This document shows positions 50,396-60,172 of a stretch of DNA of 64,000 nt, piece by piece (positions within the stretch are counted from its first letter, which is position 1; the number at the start of each line of letters is the position of its first letter). Origin of the DNA: Candidatus Poribacteria bacterium. GTDB taxonomy: Bacteria; Poribacteria; WGA-4E; WGA-3G. Location of the stretch: assembly GCA_965242965.1 (NCBI GenBank), contig OZ251518.1:1984001-2048000 (forward strand), written 5' to 3'. A model generated the notes under the pieces. The model was not told the DNA's origin and searched no databases. It worked only from the letters and a program-made list of their open reading frames with translations. Both the position numbers and the translations under genes were made by a program.

Positions 50396-51693
50396 TTTCG
50401 CAAAACCAATAGATATTCGGATTTCATTCCGTCAGGGTTCTTATTTTTTCGCGCGCCGAAGAGTTTCCGCGTCTGAATTCTGTCCTCATAGACATGCTCA
50501 AACGTCCAACCGCGTTCACAGAAATACTCCATCGCTATCCGCCAGATTTCGACGGCTATGCCATCAATCTTCGGATTGCCGACGAAAATGCATGCAGGCG
50601 CGCCCGGTTTCAAGCAATTCATCGCGTTTTCAAGTGCGTTGAGGGTGTGGCAAAAATAGGAATCTAAACGCTGCCGTAGATCTGGGCGCGTCAACGCTGT
50701 CCGTATTTTCTCCAGCGTCGGTGTGTCAATCACCCTGTCCGCCTTCCGATAGGGAATCTCCAGACGCGACAACTCGCGAATCTTTTCCTCGCCGTAGCCG
50801 AGCCAGAACAACTCCATCTTCGTTGAACGGATGTATTCCTGCGCTTGCAGATACGGCGGCGAGGTAATCAACGCATCACACTCCCGCTGAATGTGGTGAT
50901 ACGACGAGTCAACGCCGCCGTGGAACGCCACATGGCTATGGCTGTCGTGCTGGCGCGTGATAGTCATAAACTCGTTGAGGCACCTAAGCGTTTTCAAGGC
51001 ATGACTGCTCACCATCGTCCTTAACTGCGCTTGCCAGTCTTCTTGAAGGAGTGCCTCAATGGACTTCAATTTGCTTTTTGAGCGCGCCAATTTCGGCGTG
51101 CGGTGCTCGGCATAAGAGAAGTGTTTGCTCGCTTTCAGCAACCCCGATTCGATAATCCGCGCATAGATGCAATCATTTGCAGATTTGATGAACCCCCAAT
51201 AGCGCGAGAGAACTTCCAGCATCGCCTCTGGATACCAATAGGTGACGTTGGACCAGGCAGGGAGAAAACACTTGGTGCTTTGCGCCATGTCGTCTAGTTT
51301 TTGACACAACCTCTCCTCGCGCAATGCTTCTTTCCCTCGGTAAACCTTCATCGGCATGAGATGGTTCAAAAGCGGATTCAGATCGAGGAGCACAGCGTTG
51401 CGTTTGCAGAGATATGCCTCAACTCCGACGGTGCCGGAACCTGCGAACGGATCGACAATCCAGTCGCCGGTTTGTGTGAAAGTATCAATTGCGTATCTCA
51501 CCACTTGCGGGATGAATTTCGCGGGATAAGCAAAAATGGCGTGCGTCAGGTAGCCGGTATCGCGAATTTCGGGAACAAGTTCCCGAAAAGAGACGCGCGT
51601 CATTTCTTCGGGAATAGGCGTGTTTTCGGGATTTTCCGGCGCAGCCGCCGCGGGGAAAATCATCAATTGTTCTTTAAGTTTACGGTTTGTCAT
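50392..51693 (-). CDS. Orphan DNA amino-methyltransferase, probably N4-cytosine
   Basis: YPAKFIPQ, DPFAGSGT, ITSPPY. Confidence 0.85.
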   Translation of the reverse strand: MTNRKLKEQLMIFPAAAAPENPENTPIPEEMTRVSFRELVPEIRDTGYLTHAIFAYPAKFIPQVVRYAIDTFTQTGDWIVDPFAGSGTVGVEAYLCKRNAVLLDLNPLLNHLMPMKVYRGKEALREERLCQKLDDMAQSTKCFLPAWSNVTYWYPEAMLEVLSRYWGFIKSANDCIYARIIESGLLKASKHFSYAEHRTPKLARSKSKLKSIEALLQEDWQAQLRTMVSSHALKTLRCLNEFMTITRQHDSHSHVAFHGGVDSSYHHIQRECDALITSPPYLQAQEYIRSTKMELFWLGYGEEKIRELSRLEIPYRKADRVIDTPTLEKIRTALTRPDLRQRLDSYFCHTLNALENAMNCLKPGAPACIFVGNPKIDGIAVEIWRIAMEYFCERGWTFEHVYEDRIQTRKLFGARKNKNPDGMKSEYLLVLRK

Positions 51694-51832
51694 TTTTTGT
51701 TGTTCGCGAGGCGTTGTTTGGCTTTTGCTGTGCTGATGATATTTTTGTTGTTCGCTAGGCGTTGTTTGACTTTTTCTGTGCTGATGATATTGACTGAGCA
51801 GGCCGCATTGACGTTGTCAATGCTTGCATTCC
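51694..51832. repeat. 48 bp tandem duplication plus GACGTTGTCA hairpin (dispersed repeat family)
   Basis: TTTTTGTTGTTCGC.AGGCGTTGTTTG.CTTTT.CTGTGCTGATGATA x2, then GCATTGAC-GTT-GTCAATGC. Confidence 0.75.
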
Positions 51833-51868
51833 TGGGTTGTGCGTGAGGCGGTCAGTCGGTTGTCCCGC

Positions 51869-53038
51869 TCATCTTTGAATAGGAATCCACTGCTCACACT
51901 CCCACGAGGTTTGGATAGCGGCTTGCACATCGGCGACAGCGGCGGCTTCGCGAAAGCCTGGCACGCCTTGCTTTCCGTCGCGGATAGCACTCAGAAACTG
52001 ATATGCCTCAATTATCTTCAAATCATCGTAACCTAAACCGACACCGGGTCCGGGGTTAAAATGACTGTGGAAAGGATGCGCCGGTCCGCTCAACACGCGC
52101 GTATAGCCATCAGAGAACCTGTCTTCAGTCGGCAGGCATACCTCCAGCTCGTTCATCTGTTCAAAGTTCCATCGGAGCGCGCCGTTTGTGCCGTGCACTT
52201 CAAACGCCATTTCACATTTCGGACCGGCGATGATTCTGCACGCCTCTAACGTGCCGCGTGCGCCGTTTTCAAATCGCACTAGCGCGCCGACGTAGTCCTC
52301 GTTCGTAACAGGGTTTACCGGGCTATCAGAATTTCCGTGTGTAAAATGTGTGCCGGAACCTGCTGCCGCTACCGGACGTTCGGGAATGAACGTCTCCTTT
52401 TGCGCTACCACACTGGCGATGTCACCCGCAATAAAGCGCGCCATGTCGATGACGTGTGAAAGCAAATCTCCCAAGGCACCGAGCCCCGCGATTTCTTCCT
52501 GAAACCGCCATGAAAGCACGGCGCGTGGATGACTCGCATACCCGGCGAAAAACCGTCCGCGATAGTGCGTGAGTTTGCCTAACTTTCCCTCCGAAATGAG
52601 CCGCTGCGCGTGCTGCACGACAGGTGCCCATCGGTAGTTATAGCCGACGCAGGTGAGCACCCCGGCGCGTTGCGCGGCGGCATAAATCGCTTTTGTCTCC
52701 GCGGGATTCCGTCCGACAGGCTTTTCACAGAAAACGTGTTTTCCTGCCGCTGTTGCTGCTTCCACTATCTCAAGATGCTTATTGTTCGGCGCGGCGATAT
52801 CGACGACATCAACGCTTTTTTCGCGTAGCACCTTTTGGAAGTCAGTAGTGGCGTGTTCAAAGCCGAAGCGCGTTTTCGCTTCGGTGGCGCGTTGCCCAAC
52901 GTCGTCAGCACAGATGACAAGTCTCGGTTGAAGTCCGCTTTCGTGAAACCTATCCGCAATCTGGCGATAGGCGCGGGCATGCGTCATCCCCATCCAGCCC
53001 ATGCCGATGATACCGATACCTATTGTCTGTCTTGCCAT
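51869..53038 (-). CDS. Gfo/Idh/MocA family oxidoreductase
   Basis: IGIIGMGWMG, GKHVFCEKP, GALGDLLSH. Confidence 0.92.
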   Translation of the reverse strand: MARQTIGIGIIGMGWMGMTHARAYRQIADRFHESGLQPRLVICADDVGQRATEAKTRFGFEHATTDFQKVLREKSVDVVDIAAPNNKHLEIVEAATAAGKHVFCEKPVGRNPAETKAIYAAAQRAGVLTCVGYNYRWAPVVQHAQRLISEGKLGKLTHYRGRFFAGYASHPRAVLSWRFQEEIAGLGALGDLLSHVIDMARFIAGDIASVVAQKETFIPERPVAAAGSGTHFTHGNSDSPVNPVTNEDYVGALVRFENGARGTLEACRIIAGPKCEMAFEVHGTNGALRWNFEQMNELEVCLPTEDRFSDGYTRVLSGPAHPFHSHFNPGPGVGLGYDDLKIIEAYQFLSAIRDGKQGVPGFREAAAVADVQAAIQTSWECEQWIPIQR

Positions 53039-53721
53039 TTCAGGTTTCCCCAGGTAGTCGCGAGTTTGCCGCGAGGTGCAACAGGACGCGGTTTTCCGGG
53101 GCCGCCACTGCGGATATTCGCCCCAGTTATCTCCACATTGTCAAACCGCGCTTGTGCATCTGAAACAACGAGTCCTGCTTGTCCACCTTTCAATGGTTCA
53201 TCGTCAATAGCAGTGAATACCTCGTCGTCAACCTTGAATTCAAGAGTGCCATCTTCATAAACGGTGGCAGTGAGTTCATACCACGTGTCAATCTCGGCAG
53301 CGAACGGAAATACCACGGGAAACCAGTCGTTTGGTTCTGCCTTGATGATTCGGACGGTGCCGAAAACATAGTCAATAAAGAATAGGTAGCGGGTATCCTC
53401 TTCACCTCTATCGTGGAGTGTCAGCCCGATGCTCGGCGGTTCGTCCTTTTCCTCAACTAACTTTGCGCGGCAGGAGAGGGAATAGTATCGCCACGAGAGT
53501 TCGCCGGTTGTCCAGAGACTCATGAAGCCGGGTAGGAAGATTTCACCGACAGCTTCGCCTTTGTTAATCCACCACTTTTCAACCTGCCTGTCCAGATTAA
53601 AAATTTTCCATTCGCGGGTGTCGTTGTCTTCAAAATCGTCGCGCCATGTGCCTGCGAAACCGAGTGGGTTTAAAACGAGCAGGATGGCGATGATGCTTCC
53701 GAAAGTCAGTAGTATTTTCAT
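53020..53721 (-). CDS. Secreted DUF1080/jelly-roll-like protein with C-terminal KLATTWG motif
   Basis: Signal peptide, DDFED, GG.AGL....A.FDNV.I, V.P.GKLATTWGNLK. Confidence 0.7.
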   Translation of the reverse strand: MKILLTFGSIIAILLVLNPLGFAGTWRDDFEDNDTREWKIFNLDRQVEKWWINKGEAVGEIFLPGFMSLWTTGELSWRYYSLSCRAKLVEEKDEPPSIGLTLHDRGEEDTRYLFFIDYVFGTVRIIKAEPNDWFPVVFPFAAEIDTWYELTATVYEDGTLEFKVDDEVFTAIDDEPLKGGQAGLVVSDAQARFDNVEITGANIRSGGPGKPRPVAPRGKLATTWGNLKWQDRQ

Positions 53722-53790
53722 TTCTCGTTACCTCTATTGCGGTTCTGGTAGACGCGCTTCCAAATTGCGCCTAGCGGACGTTACACAATG

Positions 53791-56700
53791 TCATTTAATG
53801 TCATCTTCGGGAGATACCAAACAACGCTTATCGGCATCGGCATACGGACAGAACTGGCAGTGCGAGAGATTTTTTTCGTAACTGCCTCGCTGCAGATTAG
53901 CGATTGTCTCCTGCCCCCGCGGTGCAATCTCCTGCAACTCAGCGCGGCTGAAACGCAGCGTCTCGCACCGATTCTCAGCGGTAAAGAAGAGGTTAACGGT
54001 AACTTCGGGCTGCTCTGGATAACGCTGATGCACCAGCCACGCGTAAAGTTCCATTTGCGGGTGATATACCGCCACATCTGAAGTCTCGCCGGTTTTGTAA
54101 TCGATGAGCTGCCACTGTCCCGCTGCGTCCTTGAATAGCCTGTCCAACCTTCCGACAAGGAGATGTTGTTCGCCGAGCTCGGCGTGGATTTGCTGTTCGC
54201 AGCGGTTTGTCTCAGCGGATGCAAGCGCGGTTTGTCCCAATTCAGAATTGAGAAAGTTGTTGACATGCTCACGAACGGCTGCCTCGGAAACGCCGCGATA
54301 CCTGCGAACTTCGCTGCGAATCAGTGACGCAACCTTTTCCACGTCAGTCTGTCGTTCAATGCCCGAGAGGACAGCGTGAACGGCGCGTCCCATCTCGGTT
54401 CCATCCCACGCCTGTGCCTCTGCTTCATCGTAACTGTCTTCCTCGGAAGAAGCATCATGCTTGGGATTCGGAATTCGGAGGACGTTCTCTAGCCGATACC
54501 GCATTGGACACCGCGCATAATTTGCGAGCTCAGTAACGGCATAGGAATTCCCGATAGTCTGCGGATTTAGCGCGCTCAGCGGCGGTTCAGGCATATCCGC
54601 AGAGACAGCTTCTTCGGCTTTGGCATCCTCAACCTTGATGTCATCCAAGCACCGAAAAATCTCAATTGAGAGATGAAAAGCGTTACGGCTTGTTATGCCC
54701 TCTGAATAAGTTTCCAATTCAACAGGCAGGCACTGCGAACCTTCATCAGGCACACCGAGGTGCGTGTAGAGCCACTCCAGCATATTGCTTCGTTTGCCAT
54801 TTGCCTCTTGCGAGCCCGCTAAGATGAGCCGGTCGCGGGCACGCGTCGCGCCGACATAGAAAAGCCGTTTCTTCTCAGCTTCTGTCTTCACTTTCGCGCG
54901 TTCCTTCATCACGGTGACGATACTCGGCTCCGTTTTCGCGTAATCTTTAGCCGGGCTACGCGGACTAAAGCCGATGCCGAGTTCTTCATCAATAAAAGGT
55001 TCTTTGTCGCCTCGAGGGGCGCGATGCAGCCCCGGCAGAATGACGACTGGGAATTCCAGGCCTTTCGCTGCGTGGATAGTCATAATGTTGACAGCCTTGC
55101 CGCCAAGTTGAACCGGTGCTTGCCCTTCGCGCGGTTCCTCGTCAATCAAAATCCGCAGGAACTCAATGAAACTCGTCAACGTTGGCGTGTCGGCATCCCC
55201 CTCGAAGTTGCGTGCCAGGTCCAACAATTTTTGGTAATTCGCCCATCGCTGAGTTCCCTGCCGCCCGGTTGCCAGCGTGCCAATCATCCCAGTATCGTTA
55301 ACGATAGTGAGAAGAAGTTCGTTTACAGGGATGCGTTTTGCGAGTTCCCGCTGTCTTTTCAGACAGTCCATCGCTATTTGAAGTCGTGGATTCTCTGTAG
55401 GCGCGCTTTGTAAGCGCGCTTCCGCTTTCTCCCAGAAATTGTCACCCTTTTGCAGTGAAATCTCATAGAGCTCGGCATCAGATATACCGAAGAAAGGCGC
55501 GCGCAAAACGGCTGCGAGTGAGACATCGCCTTCGGCAGTTGCATCAAGAACGTGGAGGTAATTCCACATATCATAAATTTCCTGACGCTGATAGAAGCCG
55601 ATGCCGCCGGTGGTGAGGTAAGGGACTTTCGCCTCAAGCAGCGCGCTTTCGATATCCGGCAGATGGGTGCGGCTGCGGATGAGGATGGCGATGTCGCCGT
55701 ATTGAATCCGACGCAGCTTGTCGCTGTCTTTATCCCAAACCTGAAATCCTTCCGCAATCAGGCTTTTGACGCGCTTGGCGATGAGTTCATTCTCATTGAC
55801 GGCATCGTCGCCCTTTTGCCCGAGAATAATCTCGATTTTGCCTTGGGCTTCTGGCGTATTAGCACTCACTTCTGCCGGCGCAGGACGGCCTTGGACGAGT
55901 TGCTGATATGCAACCTCAAATTCGTTTTCGTTGCCATCACCCATCAGATTTTCAAAAAAAACATTGACAAATCCGATGACATCGCGAAGCGAACGGAAAT
56001 TTTCCTCCATGCCGATGGATGCGCCTTGCATCACTTCTATCTTCTTGCGGGTTTGGTTGAAAACCCGAATGTCGGCATCGCGGAACCCGTAAATACCCTG
56101 TTTCGCATCGCCGACGATGAACAGATTTGCGGCGTTGAGGTTGTCTGTCAAGAGCGTCACGAGCTCTTCCTGCACCGGGTTGATGTCCTGATACTCGTCT
56201 ACCATGAAGTATCGGTAGCGTGCCTGCAGTCGCTCTCGAATTTCCGCGTTGTTTTTGAGCAAATCACGGAGTTTGAGCTGCAGGTCTGGGTAGTCCAACT
56301 GGCCTTGCGCGAGTTTGGCGTGCCGATATGCCCGCTCTATCCGCGTGTAGAGATGGAGCACATCGCGAGTAGTGTCAATGAGGAAACTGTTGTCGTCGCT
56401 CAGCAGCTCTTTAAGAGTTTCCGAGGCTGACATCAAAAATTCAATCTCACTCTCAATGTCAATTGTCTTGACTCCGAGAAAATCTCTTTTCGCGACGGTT
56501 CCACTCTTCGTTCTAATGAGAGAGGCGATCTGGCTCAGGATATCTAGTATAACCGAACCCCTCTTTCCGGTCTCTTGATTTTCCTGTTCCAATTGTTCGG
56601 TTAATTCTCGAACCTCCGGTGCGTTTTTGCCTCTCGCGACTTTCAGCACAGCGTTCAGACAACGGAGCCATTCCTCTGTATCTGGTTTGTCCTCTACTCC

Positions 56701-57285
56701 CCAGAGCTCGCCGCGGATTTCCGCGTTGCTGTGCCCGCCATAGACTTCCCGTTTCAGGCGTTCAACTACCTCGCGCTGCTCTATCATTTTCGAGAGGAAT
56801 TCCTCCAATTGCTTCCTGCTTCCGTAGCGTCGGAGCAAGCAAGTGAGCACGTTTCGCTCTGCGTCCGCCGCGTTCGTCGCGATTTCCTTCAACTCGTCCT
56901 GGACGGTTTTCTGGAGGAGAAGTTTCTGATCGATGCCTTGGAGGATGCCGAAGTTCGCCGGGACACCCGCTTGAAACGGAAATTCCCGCAGAATGCGCGA
57001 GCAGAAAGCGTGAATCGTTGAGATAGGGGCTACTGACATCTGCTCTTGAATCCCTTCGGTATTTTGCCCCTTGTTTAACTCGCTAGTGATGCGCTCCTTC
57101 ATTTCGGCAGCGGCTTTCTCGGTAAAGGTAATAGCAACAATCTCGTTCGGTTTTGCGTCCGTTTTGTGCAGAATTTCGAGATAGCGTCCTACCAATACCC
57201 TCGTTTTCCCGGAGCCGGCACCCGCTGTGACGCAGATGTGCTGTTCAATGTTGAGTGCTTCTTGTTGGCGGGGTGTAAATTGCAT
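53791..57285 (-). CDS. addA: AddA-like UvrD helicase / PD-(D/E)XK nuclease
   Basis: AGAGSGKT, DEYQD, VGDAKQGIYGFR, ENFRS, MTIHAAKGLEF, YVGATRA, GRLDRL...IDYKT. Confidence 0.85.
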   Translation of the reverse strand: MQFTPRQQEALNIEQHICVTAGAGSGKTRVLVGRYLEILHKTDAKPNEIVAITFTEKAAAEMKERITSELNKGQNTEGIQEQMSVAPISTIHAFCSRILREFPFQAGVPANFGILQGIDQKLLLQKTVQDELKEIATNAADAERNVLTCLLRRYGSRKQLEEFLSKMIEQREVVERLKREVYGGHSNAEIRGELWGVEDKPDTEEWLRCLNAVLKVARGKNAPEVRELTEQLEQENQETGKRGSVILDILSQIASLIRTKSGTVAKRDFLGVKTIDIESEIEFLMSASETLKELLSDDNSFLIDTTRDVLHLYTRIERAYRHAKLAQGQLDYPDLQLKLRDLLKNNAEIRERLQARYRYFMVDEYQDINPVQEELVTLLTDNLNAANLFIVGDAKQGIYGFRDADIRVFNQTRKKIEVMQGASIGMEENFRSLRDVIGFVNVFFENLMGDGNENEFEVAYQQLVQGRPAPAEVSANTPEAQGKIEIILGQKGDDAVNENELIAKRVKSLIAEGFQVWDKDSDKLRRIQYGDIAILIRSRTHLPDIESALLEAKVPYLTTGGIGFYQRQEIYDMWNYLHVLDATAEGDVSLAAVLRAPFFGISDAELYEISLQKGDNFWEKAEARLQSAPTENPRLQIAMDCLKRQRELAKRIPVNELLLTIVNDTGMIGTLATGRQGTQRWANYQKLLDLARNFEGDADTPTLTSFIEFLRILIDEEPREGQAPVQLGGKAVNIMTIHAAKGLEFPVVILPGLHRAPRGDKEPFIDEELGIGFSPRSPAKDYAKTEPSIVTVMKERAKVKTEAEKKRLFYVGATRARDRLILAGSQEANGKRSNMLEWLYTHLGVPDEGSQCLPVELETYSEGITSRNAFHLSIEIFRCLDDIKVEDAKAEEAVSADMPEPPLSALNPQTIGNSYAVTELANYARCPMRYRLENVLRIPNPKHDASSEEDSYDEAEAQAWDGTEMGRAVHAVLSGIERQTDVEKVASLIRSEVRRYRGVSEAAVREHVNNFLNSELGQTALASAETNRCEQQIHAELGEQHLLVGRLDRLFKDAAGQWQLIDYKTGETSDVAVYHPQMELYAWLVHQRYPEQPEVTVNLFFTAENRCETLRFSRAELQEIAPRGQETIANLQRGSYEKNLSHCQFCPYADADKRCLVSPEDDIK

Positions 57286-57350
57286 ATTTTTGTTATCCTT
57301 TTCTGTCCGGCGAGTGACAGGTTTCCCTCGTCTTACGATAGCTGGCAGTT

Positions 57351-58415
57351 TCAATCTAGCAGGGGAATGACTGCCTCTGCGGCGATTGCGAGTTGAACGG
57401 TATCGCCCGGCTTCTTTGCTTCGGTGCCCGGTTCATAGTGAGCGGCTTTCAGCGGAATGTCGGAGGCGAGGAGGTGGTATTCCTCCATTCTACCAAGATA
57501 GTTGACAGCCGCTACCTTCGCCGTGATGCGGTTTTCCTCGTGAAGGTTTCCGAGATGGATTGCCTCCGGTCGAATGGAACATTGCACCTGCGCGCCCGGT
57601 GTCAATTCGTGATAGACGGTATCAGACTGAAGCAAACCGACAGGTGTCTCAATTGTGGCACTACCGTTTGCCATGCTTTGAACGCGTCCTGAAATAAAGT
57701 TAGTCTCCCCGATAAAACTAGCGACGAAGGTATTCTTAGGGAATTGATACACCTCCCGCGGTGTGCCGACTTGGACAAGCGCGCCGTCATTCATAATTGC
57801 CATCCTGTCTGCCATAGAGAGGGCATCCACCTGGTCATGCGTGACATAGAAGGTTGTGATATTCGTGCGGCTATGAATCTGCTTGACTTCGTCGCGCATG
57901 TGCTGTCGGAGAGCGGCATCAAGATTGCTGATTGGTTCGTCAAGAAGCAGCACGCTGGGCTCGATGACGAGCGCGCGGGCGAGCGCGATGCGCTGTTGTT
58001 GTCCACCGGAGAGCGTGTTGACGGTTCTGTTGCCATAATCTGTCATTTGCACCATTTCCAACACTTCGGCGATTTTCCGTTGGCGTTCCACCTTCTCCAG
58101 TTTGCGCAGCGTGAGCCCATATTCAATGTTTTCCGCGACGGACATGTGTGGCCAGAGCGCGTAGTTTTGGAACACCATTCCTGTGTTGCGCTGGTGCGGC
58201 GGAATAGCGTTCATCACTTTGTCGTCAAACCTTAATGTCCCGACATCGGGTTGGTAGAACCCGGCGACGATGCGCAAGAAGGTAGATTTACCGCACCCGG
58301 AGGGCCCGAGGAGGAAAAAGAATTCGCCCGGTTCAATTCTGAGGCTCACGTCGTTTACCGCGAGCGTGGTATCAAAGGCTTTGGTAACGTGAGTCAATTC
58401 GACTGCAACTGCCAT
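57351..58415 (-). CDS. ABC transporter ATP-binding protein (PotA/FbpC-like, TOBE domain)
   Basis: GPSGCGKST, LSGGQQQR, LLDEP, VTHDQ. Confidence 0.92.
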   Translation of the reverse strand: MAVAVELTHVTKAFDTTLAVNDVSLRIEPGEFFFLLGPSGCGKSTFLRIVAGFYQPDVGTLRFDDKVMNAIPPHQRNTGMVFQNYALWPHMSVAENIEYGLTLRKLEKVERQRKIAEVLEMVQMTDYGNRTVNTLSGGQQQRIALARALVIEPSVLLLDEPISNLDAALRQHMRDEVKQIHSRTNITTFYVTHDQVDALSMADRMAIMNDGALVQVGTPREVYQFPKNTFVASFIGETNFISGRVQSMANGSATIETPVGLLQSDTVYHELTPGAQVQCSIRPEAIHLGNLHEENRITAKVAAVNYLGRMEEYHLLASDIPLKAAHYEPGTEAKKPGDTVQLAIAAEAVIPLLD

Positions 58416-58561
58416 ATTTTTCTTCTTCGCGATGCGTTGTTCATTTTCTGCGTGGCAAATTACGTTGCCGCAACAGGCTGACGTGACGTTGTCACGTCTT
58501 ACGTTCCTAGGCATTCAATATTAAGAATTACCTAACGCGCCTAGTAGGCGCGGTTTTGCTC

Positions 58562-59515
58562 AGCCGATTCGTCCGATGCCGCGCGGCTTGCTATTCGGCG
58601 AGTTGCTGCAAGAAGGCCTCAAGGTTCGGTGCCTGGTCCGCGGCGGGGAGCAACTGCTTGAGGCGTTCCACCTCTTGGATGTTTTCAAAGGTGGGCCGTA
58701 ATGCCTGGACGGCTGTCGCGTCAAACCGCGACTCAAGGATAGCGATGAGGGCTTCAATCATCCCATACCGTTGCCATTGTTCTTGTGCATGTGCGGCTTG
58801 TTCTTGTGCATGTGCGGCTTCGGCTTGTTTCTGTGCGTGTGCGGCTTGTTCCTCTGCGTGTGCGGCGCGCCGATTCGCCTCAGCGATGTCCCTGTCTGCG
58901 GCGGCGGCGCGCTGCCGCATCTCCTCCATGAGCGCGGCTTCCCGCTCCGCAAAAAGGCTATGAAGATAAGTTGAATATTTCACGAGATCCCTCCGGATAA
59001 AACGAGTGCCACAGTAGATTCGCGGCTGCGCGTTGGAGTTGCGTAGCCGATTCGTCCGATGCCGCGCGGCTTCCTATTCGGCGAGTTGCTGCAAGAAGGC
59101 CTCAAGGTTCGGTACCTGTCTAGCTGCCAGGAGGAGTTGCTTGAGGCGTTCCACCTCTTGGACGTTTTCAAAGGTGGGCCGTAATGCCTGGACAACTGTT
59201 GCGTCAAACCGCAATGCAAGGATAGCGATAAGGCCTTCAATAATCCCATACCGTTGCCCTTGTTCCTCTGCGTGTGCGGCTTGTTCCTGTGCATGCGCGG
59301 CTTGCTCTTGGGCTTGTTCTTGTGCGTGTGCGGCTTGTTCCTGAGCTTGTGCGGCTTGTTCTTGTGCGTGTGTGGCGCGCCGATTCGCCTCGGCGAGGTT
59401 TCTGTCCGCGTCGGCGGCGCGCTGCTGCATCTCTGCCATCAGCGCGGCTTCCCGCTCCGCAAAGAGACTCTGAAGATAAGTTGAATATTCCACGAGATCC
59501 CTCCGAATAAAACGA
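58562..59515. repeat. Tandem duplication of the Rpn 3' module (58562..59005 vs 59045..59515)
   Basis: Near-identical nucleotide blocks including RBS, stop and 3' flank. Confidence 0.9.
58591..58983 (-). CDS. Stand-alone copy of the Rpn C-terminal domain (putative RpnS-type antitoxin)
   Basis: GGAGGG-5 nt-GTG; 130 aa closely similar to the last 139 aa of Rpn. Confidence 0.65.
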   Translation of the reverse strand: MKYSTYLHSLFAEREAALMEEMRQRAAAADRDIAEANRRAAHAEEQAAHAQKQAEAAHAQEQAAHAQEQWQRYGMIEALIAILESRFDATAVQALRPTFENIQEVERLKQLLPAADQAPNLEAFLQQLAE

Positions 59516-60132
59516 TGTATCTTTTCTTGACTATACTCGGCACTGCCAAATATACCGAGCAATGCCATTAAATCTGCCTGCAATGCATCCGGCACCGGTG
59601 CAGTCGCCGTCGCACGAATACATGTCTGTAACCAGGCATCGGCATCCATTCCCGCCGGCGGCTGCATTAACGGTGTGAAAGGCAGCAACGCCGGCTCCTG
59701 CGCCTCTAACACTGATACGCCGTCAATGTCATTGAGGCGCAGCACTTTATACCGCACGGAAAAGTGATGCGCATCACCGAACTGGCACGTATACCCACCC
59801 GGGTCCCGCCGTCCCGCACGGGAATGCAAATAGATGACAGTGCCATACACCGGCAGTTTGTGCGTGGCAACGAGATACCCGCAATAGCCCGCCATGCGGA
59901 ACTGCATCTCCTCACGGCTATCATGCAATTGCACCTCGGTATGCGCGATGGCTTCTTCGCCGTTGATAAGCATCCGTACGGTGCTATCGCCACGTCGTGT
60001 CCACAGCCGCTGCTGCTCGGTATCCAACCGGCGGAGCACCGTGATGTCAGGAGTGCCGAGGAAATACTTCAGGAGCGGTTCACCGAGTTCCAGCAGCAGA
60101 TGTTTGGCGGCACTATCATAGGGAATTCGCAT
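59074..60132 (-). CDS. Rpn/YhgA-like PD-(D/E)XK nuclease (putative transposase family)
   Basis: YDSAAK, RRGD...HTEVQ, MQFRMAGY, PVYGTVIYL, A/Q/E heptad repeats, LRFDA...LKQLLLAA tail; start moved to 60132. Confidence 0.8.
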   Translation of the reverse strand: MRIPYDSAAKHLLLELGEPLLKYFLGTPDITVLRRLDTEQQRLWTRRGDSTVRMLINGEEAIAHTEVQLHDSREEMQFRMAGYCGYLVATHKLPVYGTVIYLHSRAGRRDPGGYTCQFGDAHHFSVRYKVLRLNDIDGVSVLEAQEPALLPFTPLMQPPAGMDADAWLQTCIRATATAPVPDALQADLMALLGIFGSAEYSQEKIHRFIRRDLVEYSTYLQSLFAEREAALMAEMQQRAADADRNLAEANRRATHAQEQAAQAQEQAAHAQEQAQEQAAHAQEQAAHAEEQGQRYGIIEGLIAILALRFDATVVQALRPTFENVQEVERLKQLLLAARQVPNLEAFLQQLAE

Positions 60133-60172
60133 AGTATTATACCTCACCTTGTTTCGTTTTGTCAAGTCTTTT

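Noticed and set aside
58562-59515. Diversity-generating retroelement TR/VR pair
   Set aside because: Differences are not confined to adenines, include repeat-number indels, and no reverse transcriptase is present
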